DNA from: Stegostoma tigrinum
Taxonomy: Eukaryota
Reading direction: 5' to 3'
DNA: 64,000 nt
Assembly (NCBI RefSeq): GCF_030684315.1
Contig: NC_081377.1
Coordinates: forward strand, 33,542,001-33,606,000
Below the pieces are notes generated by a model, which saw only the letters and a program-made list of their open reading frames with translations, was not told the DNA's origin and made no database searches. A program made the translations under genes and the position numbers. Each line of letters starts with the position of its first letter. The stretch's first letter is position 1. Shown here one piece after another: positions 1 through 11,009 of this stretch.

Positions 1-1290
1 TCTACCTGGCAATGTGGAAACTACCCCAGGTATGTGCTGTATACAAAAAGCAGGACAAATCCAACCCGGCCAATTACTGCTCCATCAGTCTACACTAGAC
101 CATCAAAAAGTGTTGGAAGGTGTCACCAACTTTACTATCAGCCAGCACTTGCTCAGCAATAACCTGCTCAGTGGTGCCCAGTTTGGGTTCCGCCTGGGCC
201 ACTCATCTCCTGGCCTCATTACAACTGTGGTTCAAACATGGACAAAGAGCTGAATTCCAGAGGTGAGGCGAGAATGATAGCCCTTGACATCAAGGCTGCA
301 CTTGACCAAGTGTGGCATTAAAGGGCCCTAGGAATCAACAGGTATCAGGGGAAAACACTCTGTTGGTTGCAGTCATACCCGGTACATAGGAAGATGGTCA
401 TGGTTCTTGAAGGTCAGTCTTCATGGCTCCAGGACATCTCTGCAGGAATTCCTCAGGGTAATGTCATAAGCCCAATCATCTTCAGCTGCTTCATCAATGA
501 ACTTCCCTCCAGAAGTGAGGATGTTTGCCGATGATTGTACAATGTTCAGCACCATTCGTGACTCCTCAGGTACTGAAGCAGTCCATGTTCAAATGGAACA
601 AGATCTGGACAAAATCTGGGCTGGGGCTGACAAGTGGCATGTAACATTCGCGCCATACAAATGCCAAGCAATGACCACTTCCAATAAACAATAACCTAAA
701 CAACATGCTCTGACATTCAAAGGCACTGCCATCAATTGAATCTCACACAATCAACATCCTAGGGGTTACCATTGTCCTGGACTCAGTGAACTCACCACAT
801 AAACACAATGGCTACAACCGCAGGTCAGAGGCTAGGAATACTGCAGTGACTAACTCACCTCCTAACTCCCCAAAGCCTGTCTACCATCTACACGATACGA
901 TTCAGGAGTGTCATGGAATACACCCCACTTGCTGGATGAGTGCAACTCCAACAAAATTCAAGTTTAACACCATCCAGGACAAAGCACCCGCTTGATTGGC
1001 ACCACATCTACAAACAGGGCAGCAGATACATGGGATACCACCATCTGCAAGTTTCCATCCAAGTCACTGACCATCCTGACTTGGAAATATATCACCATTC
1101 CTTTACCGTCATTGAGTCAAAATCCTGGAATTCCCTCCCTAAAGGCATCATGGATCTATCTACAGCACACGGACTGCAGAGGCTCAAGGCAGCAGCTCAT
1201 CACCACCCTCTCAAGGACCACTAGGGACAGGAAATAACTGCCGGTCAGGCAGCAACACGCTCATTCCATTAGTGGATTCAAAGAAAAATA
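1..1290 (+). mobile_element. Degenerate jockey/CR1-group LINE, RT C-terminal part and 3' tail
   Basis: Fragmented RT motifs QFGFR, GIPQG, MFADDCT, WNSLP; 3' tail AGGGACAGGAAATAACTGC...AAAAA. Confidence 0.85.
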
Positions 1291-1683
1291 TCCCTTCTAT
1301 CTAGATCACTAAAAAATGCAGGCTCTGGAAGCTCTGTTTCAGTTATACAGGGTCCTAGTGGTGCCACACCTGGAGTAATTTGAATAGATAACTCTTGGAG
1401 GTATTGAATTAAGGTTCAACAAAATAATATCTGACTCCAAATGTTAAATCACGAAGAGACAGGTATTCCTTGTTTAGGTGACCTCGTATGTTCCTAAAAA
1501 ATGTATGCTAAATGAAAATGTCTTGAACAAAAATCACTTTCCCATAAAAATACTGGTAATGAGGTTAGATTACGTTCCTGACCTGTAGGTCTAACCCTAC
1601 AAATCTGTTGGCTGCACTGAACTACACTAAAAAAAAATTCTTACTAGCTTAAAAATATTTATTACCTAACTCTTTGTATTTAC

Positions 1684-1819
1684 CTCCTGCATCCAATTCA
1701 CCACCTCTCATAGCTGTGCTTCTTGCCTGCCACCCACTTGTTCCCTTGCTCATTTCCTCAGTTCTGTTGCTTGTCTCTTGAGACCCCCCTCTAAGAATTC
1801 TGTTGCTGGAGGACATCAT
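1684..1819 (-). CDS. Candidate alternative first coding exon of an unidentified minus-strand gene (MMSSSNRILRGGSQETSNRTEEMSKGTSGWQARSTAMRGGELDAG-G)
   Basis: Unique sequence; open frame from ATG at 1819 to donor GAG|GTAAAT (phase 1); AP-1 palindrome about 100 bp upstream; no homology recognised. Confidence 0.3.
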
Positions 1820-2713
1820 TGCCTGGCAGCTTTGTGGCACAAATGTGTTCTTGAGCCTTGCTGATGTTAGATGACCAACGTGTGTCGAGTCAGTACCAAT
1901 TTTACTTCCATTAGGTGAGTCACCTCACTTCTGATTAAAGCCAAGGAGCTCACCACATGAAGACTGTATGCCATTTTATAGACGAAAAACCTGCAGACTT
2001 AAGATTTAGCAGCTGTAAAGTCCCTTCTAGAATTTCCAAATTTTTAGCAACATTCAACAGGAACCCTTTGTTTTATCTAAAGAGAGAAAGACCAATCCAT
2101 GTTGCACGTTTATCATTTCATTCATCCAGTTTAAATCATTCCTCGATTTAACAATTTATCTTTACCTAGCATGACTTAACTCTTCTAGTGTGCAAGTTAC
2201 TTTCAAAGTTAATCCATGGCTCCTTTGCTGGTAGTCCAATACCATTGAAAATCCCAGGTATGATACGATCATAGATCAATTTTAAGCTCTCCAGGGTGTG
2301 ACAGGAACATGACTGACTGATAACATTGTAAACTCCATCCTCAACAACAGGCTTGAGTATGATTCTATTACCAGAGTTGGCACTGTGTGCACTGGGGGAA
2401 CTTCTCCTTATTTACAACTGGCATTTAAGGGAGTCATCAGCAGCAAACTATTAATGTAAAAGCAACAGAGCTTGTGATTCTAATGCACTGAACATTGTGC
2501 CTGGGATCACAGAAAATGATCCAAATAACACTTTGGAATCAGTTAAGGCAGTAAAAAAGACAGATGGTTGGGAGGGATATATTAAGAGAATGCCAGAATA
2601 TGTCTATGTAGAAACTTTCATCGAGTGGAGCAGAGAACAAGGAGAATCCTAGACACAGAAGACGATGATAGGATGTCTACACGGTTATACAACAGTCCTG
2701 GGAAAAGTGGAGA

Positions 2714-3371
2714 TAACACAGTGTGGAGCTGGAGGAACACAGCAGAGCAGGCAACATCAGAGGAGCAGGAAGGTTGACATTTTGGTTTGGGAGGTTCTGA
2801 GGCTCGGAGACCACTTTGTAGAGCACCTTCACTCCGTTCATGACAAATGACAACTCCTTCCAGTCACAGACCATTTTAACTCCACCTCCCACTCCCTGGG
2901 TGACAAGCCCATTCTGGGCCTCCTCCAGTGTCACAATGACACCACCCAGAAACTGGAGGAGCAGCACCTCATATTCCGCCTAGGGACCCTGCAGCCCAAT
3001 GGCCTAAATATGGATTTCACCAGTTTCTAAATCTCCCCACCTCCGGCCTCATTCCATGACCAATCTTCCCTCTCATCCCCACCTCCTTGACCTGACACAA
3101 GCTGTCCATCTTCTCTCCCACCTATCCACCTCTCCTACCTCATTACCCATCCCCACCACACCCTCCCTGCACTCACCTATCACCATCCCACCCACCTTCC
3201 CCAGCCCCAGCCCTCTATATATTCCTGAACTCCCTTCCTAATTCCCCATCTCTGAAGAAGGGTCCTGACCCAAAACGTCAACTTTCCTGCTCCAATGATA
3301 CTGCCTGGCCTGCTGTGTTCCTCCAGCTCCACACTGCATTATCTCAGACTCCATTGGCAGTCCTTACTATC
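2714..3371 (+). mobile_element. Penelope-like element remnant with inverted termini and C-terminal GIY-YIG fragment
   Basis: Inverted terminal arms (GAGATAACACAGTGTGGAGCTGGAGGAACACAGCAG / CTGCTGTGTTCCTCCAGCTCCACACTGCATTATCTC); internal RLGDHFVEHL...EEQHLIFRLGTLQPNGLN; flanking duplication CCTGGG(A/T)AAAGTGGAGA at 2697 and 3372. Confidence 0.85.
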
Positions 3372-3859
3372 CCTGGGTAAAGTGGAGAAAGCTAACAGAT
3401 GGATTTGATGCTGATGCTGAAAACTCAGTAGACAATTTTCTGAGGCACAGGACTCCATGCAGTTGACAATTATAGTGAGAATAACAGTTTGGATGCACAC
3501 ATTGATGATTTTAATGAGCTGTAATTTGTTGCATTGGACAATGTTACAGAGGTCGAGCCCACAGAGCTGAACTGAAGAGTAGGAATGTCACAGGCACGCA
3601 ACATTTCAGGGTTCAAAGACAGCAGCTTTCAATTTGACATGAAAAAGTGGAATTCTGCACCTCTGGGTTTAGCTACAAAATTGATTTAGATATGTATAGA
3701 ATTGCTTCCACTGGAACAAGCTAATAGCAGAGAAGTTGTACAGGGAGCCAGTCTCATGTTGATAGCTGGATTTAAATTTTGTAGTAATTATTGAACTCTC
3801 GGGATAAGGTGGTCAGTATTGAAATTAGGAGAATCAAATACAAGATAAAACAAAATAGG

Positions 3860-4925
3860 AACACAACCAGAAAGTGCTGGAAAAATGTCTAGGAGACCAC
3901 ATTGTGAGCAGTGATTGCAGTGAACCGGATCGAGTGAAGCACTGCTTCAGCTGAAAGGTCTATTCGGGCTCTTGGATACATAGGAGGAAGGAAGTAAATG
4001 GGCGAGTGTTATACCTTCTGTAGTTGCAGGGGAAGGTGCTGTAAGGCTGTGGGGGAGGTGAGTTTTGGAAGCAAAGGAGGAGTGGATCAGGGTTTCCCAG
4101 ATGGAACAATCCTTGCAGAAGGCTTATAAGAGAAGGGAGGTCTATGTGTGTTTAGTGGTGGCATCCTGCTGTTCACGATATAGTGAACTAACTATAACTA
4201 ACTACTAACTACTAACTAACTATAACTAACTACTAACTAACTAACTCATCTCCTGACACGCCAAAGCTTGTCCACCATATAGTCTCCTCTATAATAAGGA
4301 CACAAAGTGCAGACTGGATGGCCACTTTACAGAACACCTACGTTTTGTTTGCAAAAAAAGACCCTGAGCTTCCAGATGCTTGCTGCTTCAACATACCATC
4401 TTGCTCCCTGGCCAACATCTCTGTCTCAGCCTTACTATAGTGTTCCAGTGAAGCTCAGCGCAAGCTGGAAGACCAGCAATTCATTTTCTGCGTGAAAACG
4501 CTACAGCCTTCTGAACTCAATATCGTGTTCAACAATTTCAGGGCTCAAGGCACCTTGTTCCATGTCGTTTGCCTAAACCCCACACATCAGGCCTTGTTAT
4601 CACACTACCCACTGTTAGCCACAAATAGTCCCCATTAGTAATTATTCACCTTCTAGCCAGATTGTTACCCACTCCTTCGTCCAATTGTTCTCTCTCTTTG
4701 GACAGTATCTTAGCCTATCATTTACTTCATACTCCCTTCCCCGACCCTATGTTCTGCATAAAAACATTTTTTTCCTAGCTAGCATCAGTCTTGAGGAAGG
4801 GCCACTGAACCTGAAACCTTAACTCTGACTTCTCTCCACAGATGCTGCCAAATCTGCTGAGTTTTCCAGCAATTTCCATTTTTGTTTCTGATTTCCAGCA
4901 TCTTCGGTTATTCTGGGTTTTTCAA
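3860..4925. mobile_element. Rearranged Penelope-like element of a second family (inverted halves)
   Basis: Minus-oriented fragment 3930-4170 and plus-oriented degenerate GIY-YIG C-terminus 4283-4925 ending in the CAGATGCTGCC..TCCAGCATC terminus. Confidence 0.7.
4186..4245 (+). repeat. Imperfect (ACTA/ACT)n microsatellite
   Basis: AACTAACTATAACTAACTACTAACTACTAACTAACTAT... read directly. Confidence 0.9.
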
Positions 4926-5263
4926 ATTAAAATAGGGATATTTCAAGCCAAAGACAAACTTTGGTAGATTTACTAGTTCTATTGAAAATGGTAAAGCTAA
5001 GATAAAACCAGAAGATATTGTAATAAAATCTTTGTAAGCTCAATGAATGTGCTGAGCAAACTGTGTGCTCTACCATATTCAGCTAAAGACAGTCCAAAAA
5101 AAGGAAGCTACTGCTGGCTGCTCCTGAATGCTACCTAGTGGCTGGTTCTGGTAACATGGGTCAGAGTTTGGTGCATGATTCAGGGGTTAGAAACAACAAC
5201 AGAAAAACAAGAAGCAAGTGACTGAAAATTGAATGCAATACAAATATCAAACATAGTAGACAC

Positions 5264-5605
5264 AGGGTGGCATAGTGGCTCAGAGGTTGGCAATTTTGCA
5301 TCACAGCACCAGGGGCCCGGGTTTGATTCCACCCTCAGGTGACTGTGTGGAGTTTGCACATTCTACCTCTGTCTGCATGGGTTTTCTCGGGGTGTTCCGG
5401 TTTCCTCCACAGTTCAATGATGTGCAGGTTAGGTGGACTGGCCATGCTAAATTGCCCAAAGTATCCAGGGATGTGCAGGTTAGATGGATTAGCCATGGGA
5501 AATGCAGGGTGACGGGGATGGGGTGGGTCTGGATGGATGGTCTTTGAACGGTCAGTGTGGACTTGATGGCCTGAATAGCCTGCTTCTACAATATAAGGAT
5601 TCTAG
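5264..5605 (+). mobile_element. HE1-type V-SINE (tRNA-derived head, CR1-derived tail)
   Basis: Head GGTGGCATAGTGGCTCAG..GGTTTGATTCC; V-domain TGTGTGGAGTTTGCACATTCT..GGTTTCCTCC; tail GGACTTGATGGCCTGAATAGCCTG. Confidence 0.85.
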
Positions 5606-6019
5606 AGCTGTATTTTTTAGTGTTAATATTTATGGCTAAATTTATCAACTCAATGTAACGCATAACTATCAAACTGAATTTCAAGATTGAACTAGTTACT
5701 GTGATAGCCAAATGCTTTTCCTTATCTCAGTGAGACAGAGATAGTTGTAACATCTTATACAGAGTAATGAACAGCAAGGCTGCAGCTACAGGCATTCACA
5801 ACTTCAAATTATTTGACCACTACAAATTGGAATACTGCCATTTCTATACTTAAAATAATTTCTCAAATCATGGACCCTGTATGAATATTACCCATTAAAA
5901 CTTTGTGTACATTAGCAAATCGAGTTTGCTTTAATGTTCACTATCGCTATAGCCAAAACCTAGACCAAAACCAGAAACAGAACCAAATTTTATTGGGATT
6001 CCATTTGTTAGACTTAATG

Positions 6020-6115
6020 GGGTTCACTCTTAACTGCCCTATGAGCAATTAGGGATGGGCAATGAATGCCACTTAGCCAGCAACGCCCTCATTCCGTGAA
6101 TGAATAAAGAAAAAA
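6020..6115 (+). mobile_element. 3' end of the SINE family seen at 36640 (tail shared with the LINE at 1-1290)
   Basis: ACTCTTAACTGCCC..GCAATTAGGGATGGGCAATGAATGCC..CATTCCGTGAATGAATAAAGAAAAAA. Confidence 0.7.
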
Positions 6116-6419
6116 ACAACTTAAATTGGCTGGTTGGAGATATAAAAAAAATTGCTCAGAGTTGTTGGAAGTGAGAGTTGGTAAGAACGCATCAATACAT
6201 AACAGGGCATTTAGAACCTTGGCAAATAATGGGGCAAAATCGATGACTCCAATGAGATTTAAGGATTCAGAAATGAACAGAGGAATTGAGTTTAGGATAA
6301 TGGGTGGATTCAATGTCCGATCAGTTACAGAGAGCCAGAGGAATTGAATGGGATCAAAAGCCTGGGCTAAGGTAAATCAGAAAAGTAAGAGTTTAAAAAC
6401 CTAAAATTCAGCAAGCTCA

Positions 6420-6665
6420 TGAGAACATCTCCGTCGACAAGTTTTCCTCCAACTTACACACTGGACTTGCTTGGAAATGAGTCCCTGTCCATTTGGTGCC
6501 ACTGGGTTCAAATCTCAGAATTCCCCAATAAAACTTCATCACATGGAGTGCAGTATTTCAAAGAGGTAGTCGACTGCCATCTTCTCAAGGACGATTAGAG
6601 GTAGCCAATAAATGATACTCCTATCAGCAATACCTGCTTCCTAGCAATGCCTAAATGAATAAATT
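6420..6665 (+). mobile_element. 3' fragment of the LINE family at 1-1290
   Basis: Colinear similarity to 1030-1280 (CAAGTT..TCCAA..ACTTGGAAAT..CTTCTCAAGG..AATAAATG). Confidence 0.65.
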
Positions 6666-8099
6666 TAGGAAGCAGTTTTCAACCATTTAAGCTTTATGAT
6701 TTATTTCACTTGAACCCCTGAATTAAAGATACCCATTATTCACTACATGCTAACAATTATTATTTGTATTTACTCCTTGACTATTATTTTTCTTCACTTT
6801 TTTTCCTATTCTGTGTAGAATTTTGAGAAACAGCTACTGTAGAAGAATTATGTTCACATCAATGTGTCAGAAACCAATTATAATTGGGATTTTGAAATTT
6901 GTAACAGTTTAGCCAGAAATCTTTACATTGCATTGAATATTTTTTACAAGAATACTATTTCACAAATCTAATTTGGGAAAGGGTAGGCTAAATACTACAT
7001 TGGCAAATCTTATTAAACTCTTACACGTGAATAAAACAAAAAAAAATTTTTCAAGCAGCTGGCTACTTTGTAAATTTTAAACTAGCATTAAATTAATGCT
7101 AAAAACTGTTATGAATAAAGATAACATTGGCATATGGAATGCTATTGTGAGTTAATGTGTAGGGAGAATGTTCTCTTAACAAGTTAATACAAAGCAAAAG
7201 AAAATGTCTCCCACGATGACGTAAGTGGAACCCAATGTGGCACATAGCATAGGCAAACCCCAGCCTGCGCTGTACTAGTTATCCTGAAATGGTAATGATA
7301 ATGATAGGGAAACTGCAATTAATACAAACGCTCATAAATAATTGCAGAGTGGCATAAGTGCAAAATGCAAAAAGGTGTCTTGCATAAGCTTACTATGGGC
7401 ATTGAAGGAAGGGGTTAAAATCGAGCTCGCTGAGAGATCTCCCACAGTCGCTCTCTAGACACACACTGGGGCCAGTATCAGCGAGGAATCAGTCGTACAG
7501 CTCACCCTCCACAAAGCAATGGTGTAAACTCTGGTGAAAAATCTTGGCTTTTGAATGTGTGTCATTAAAGATTAGGTCACGTTGAGCATGAATTTCTCCA
7601 ATAGCCTGAGATTTCTCCTCACAGAGCTGTGTAAAATTCGAATTATTGCTGTGTTTTCTTAAATGTTTTCATCTCCACAGAAACATTCCAGTTTCTGTAT
7701 AGTCTAAAGCACAAGTTGGTAAACGCACAGCCATTATCATTTGCGGGAGGGAATGGACCAATGCCAGGTTTTTTTTGTCATATTTTGTTAAAACAAGTTG
7801 AAGGGTGCAAACATGGATTCTCGTGGAGTCACGTTACACAGCACCAGATCAAGGTTTTTTTTAGCCATTGCTGCATTTTAAGTTAAAGTGTCCCCCATAT
7901 AAGACAATTACTGTAATCACCAAGACAACCACTTCGCTTGTCAGCATCAGACACAAACGTTCAATTATGTCTTGACGCGGTACTATTCTTTCAGAATCAG
8001 CAGGACAGAGTTTATGTCAATCATTAACTCGATCCCCCACCCCCACAACACAGTCTTTGTCCACAAGATTACTGGGTTTAACATGTCATCTCATAACGA

Positions 8100-9200
8100 T
8101 ATAATTCCCGTTTTCAAAGCAGGCGGCAGAGATGAACCGCAGGTCTGAGGACACGAATAATATTTATTTCAGAAACTGACCTTTACCTGCGAAAGGAATT
8201 GAATCAATTTATTAGTGTCAGAATCGCAGGAACGGGTAAAGCATGTACAAGGTACTGAGCAAATGCAATCTGCACATATAAGCAGAGCTTGCTTTTTTTG
8301 CAATTCGTGCTGATGTCAAAATCAGGTCCATTTCCTATTGCATTATTTACGACTTTTCCAGATTCACACCCGTCTCAGTGTTTCAGCAAACTCTAGCATT
8401 TGAGACTAAGATCCAGAAAATCTCTCACCCTTTTTCTCCTCTAGGAATGCATTGCATTGGAATAGCTAGAGATCTTGCAGGACGATGCATTTGAACTGGA
8501 GGGTGCTACGGGGAGAAACTGCAGCATTTTGAACACCTCGCTCCAGCAACAGCTGACATGCATTAATTCATTGCACGGGTTCAAAATATGGTTATGCATC
8601 GAAATGCAAAATATCCTCTTACCCTGCCTGGGCCAGTCTTGCAGCAGAGTGGCGGATCTCGGTGTTTTCATCTAGCCCCGGCTTTTTCTCGCCTTTCCCC
8701 CTCTATTGTAGCTCACCCTGGATTGAGATCCTCGCTTCCAGTTTTCGTTAGTCATTGAGAAGCTGCGGATGCGCAAAGTCCAAGACGTCACAAAGAAAGC
8801 TTCTTTCTGTCGTGACGCCAGTGGAATTCCTCTGCATTAATCTCAAAATAAATAATCTTCTAATGCAGACTGTGTGAATATTTAAAATCGGGCTCAGACT
8901 AATTTTGGCTCCTCGTCTAACCGATTGGCAAAGCTCCCCCAAAGCCCCAGACTGATAAACGTACCTTGTGCTTAAAATCTGAAAGAGGCGGATGGGAATC
9001 ACAGCCCTGTAACCCAGTTGAGAATGAACCTTTTATTACCTTCCCTGCAAATCGAATGCCATCTTTGCACTCACTCTTCACGCAGTTTTACCCACTCCTG
9101 TTGTTCAAGTACTCCATAGTACGGTTTCCTTCTACAGCCCATTCCCTATTGAGGCACTGACCTTACCCGAGTCCAGCGAATTCAAGTGCAGTTTCTCAAA
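8100..9200 (-). promoter_or_regulatory. Orphan CpG-enriched promoter-like region with several minus-strand splice donors
   Basis: Non-repetitive and CpG-enriched; minus-strand GCCAATCGG (ATTGG at 8924-8928); GTGACGCCA near 8812; donors at 8186, 8428, 8622, 8716 and 9166. Confidence 0.55.
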
Positions 9201-9859
9201 ATCAAAGTTGAGAGACCACAATGTGTTAAAATAAGATTCATGCAAATAATGAGGCAACTAACAGTAAGAAAAAAGGACACCTGTCCAGAATGAGCATTGA
9301 CAAGGGAGACCTTAGACACTACAATGGAGAAGAAGTGCCCAATCTTTTCAGGAACAAGGCACACACTTTAAGTAGACAAACCATTGGAGTACACACCCAC
9401 TTTTTCAGGTCAATTGATTGCTCATAAGCACATTTATTGCATTTACTTTGGTTATGGTCATACTGGAGAGGTTTGCAACACAGCGCATGCTTGTTAAAGA
9501 ATCAAATAGATTAATGTTTCAAATCTGTTGCAAGAAACACACAGTTTTCGATTGCAAGCGCAGACACATTTTTAAAATGTGCTCAATTCAACTATTTCTA
9601 GCTATTCCAGGGCACTAAATCTGTCTACACACTGCACTCAACTCAGGAGTCTGAATTTCAAGGATGAGAGTTCATATTTGTGACAATATTTTTAAATATA
9701 CTATTTTATTCCATAATTGAACTGATATGTCATTGAAATTCAATGGATCAGAGCAAAATGCAAAGTAGAGTAAATTGTAATTTACTGAGTCAGTGGGAAA
9801 CCTGGGCTTACTGATGCACCACCTGCAAACCTTGATCTCCTGAGAAGTGTTCTTTTCTG

Positions 9860-10373
9860 TTGTTCTTTACAACTGTATTATCAGAGAGTAAAATTTTGGC
9901 AATCTGTTTTGCAGCATCAAATTTTAACATTACAACTATGATTTTTCAGATGTAGGTATGATTAAAGTTTCAGTAATGGTATAGGGCTTCTTTGATTTTG
10001 CCAAAACCTCAGCCATGAGGTATCTAGGCTCTTCAGCTTTATCGAGTACCTGCATATCCATCAGATATTGGATCTGCTTCATGTTTTGTTCTTTCAAGCA
10101 CGTGGAAGTACTGAATGTGTTTGTTCACAAGAGATGGATGTTTTGTCTGCAAATGACATTTTAATTTACTTGACACCATCACAGCATTTTCCAACCTCTC
10201 TCTGCAGATGAAGCATACAGGTGAGGGGGAGACAACCTCTTGTCCATGAAAATCCAGAGACCAGTCAGTTCTCAATCTCTGAATAGTTTTTGCTTTTTTG
10301 TGGGAGGTTCAGATGTTTCGTCAACAACTGAACTAGCGAAGGAACTCATTCTTTTGAAAACAAGCTTATCCAT
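9860..10373 (-). mobile_element. hAT (Buster/Charlie-type) transposase N-terminal fossil, frameshifted
   Basis: MDKLVFKR start at 10373; BED-like finger PVCFICRERLENAVMVSSKLKCHLQTKH; after a frameshift YLMAEVLAKSKKPYTITETLIIP...LSDNTV, resembling the Buster/ZBED5 IAKxKKPHTIGExLI.P..LSNNTV pattern. Confidence 0.8.
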
Positions 10374-10605
10374 TTCTTCTTAGACTAGTGGAATCAAAAT
10401 AGATTTTGCAAAGAAATGTGGGATATGGTCAATTTAGCTACCTATGCCAACATTAGCTTGTTTTGTCTTATTCTAGTATCGACAAAAAAGAATGCAAATA
10501 CCATTGGTTCATTTCAATGGTGACTGGTAAAAACTATCACATCATTTGAAAATTGCCCTTTGGTCACCTGCATTTTCAAAAAACAGATACCGCATTTTTA
10601 TTTTA

Positions 10606-10740
10606 GAACATAGAACAGTACAGCACAGAACAGGCCCTTCAGCCCACGATGTTGTGCCGACCATTGATCCTCATGTATGCACCCTCAAATTTCTGTGACC
10701 ATATGCATGTCCAGCAGTCTCTTAACTGTCCCCAATGACC
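10606..10740 (-). mobile_element. Short 3' end of a CR1 LINE
   Basis: AGAACATAGAACAGTACAGCACAGAACAGGCCCTTCAGCCCACGATGTTGTGCCG, near-identical to the tails at 15842 and 18783. Confidence 0.8.
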
Positions 10741-11009
10741 TTTTGATGATTAATTTTCACCAGTTTTATAAGTTTAATTATATTTGGATAGAAGATTGTT
10801 TTAGATGAAACTGTTTGTTTTACATTGTTTTTCGTTATCTTTGTACAGGTTTTCAAGAACCAGTCTAGCTAGTTAAACATCAACTGACCCACGGTGTGTT
10901 ATAGTGGTGGTTGGCCTAGGTAATACTGATTTTGATAAATGATTGACTCAGTCTGTATTTTATCACAGGTTAAGGAAACAAAACAAATTCACTTCCTTCC
11001 CAGATTTTT

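Noticed and set aside
5264-5340. tRNA-like sequences here and at 25607, 27628, 50609
   Set aside because: They are SINE heads (A/B boxes) continuing into SINE bodies; no complete cloverleaf
7217-7224. Isolated CRE-like TGACGTAA
   Set aside because: A single 8-mer without supporting context is expected by chance
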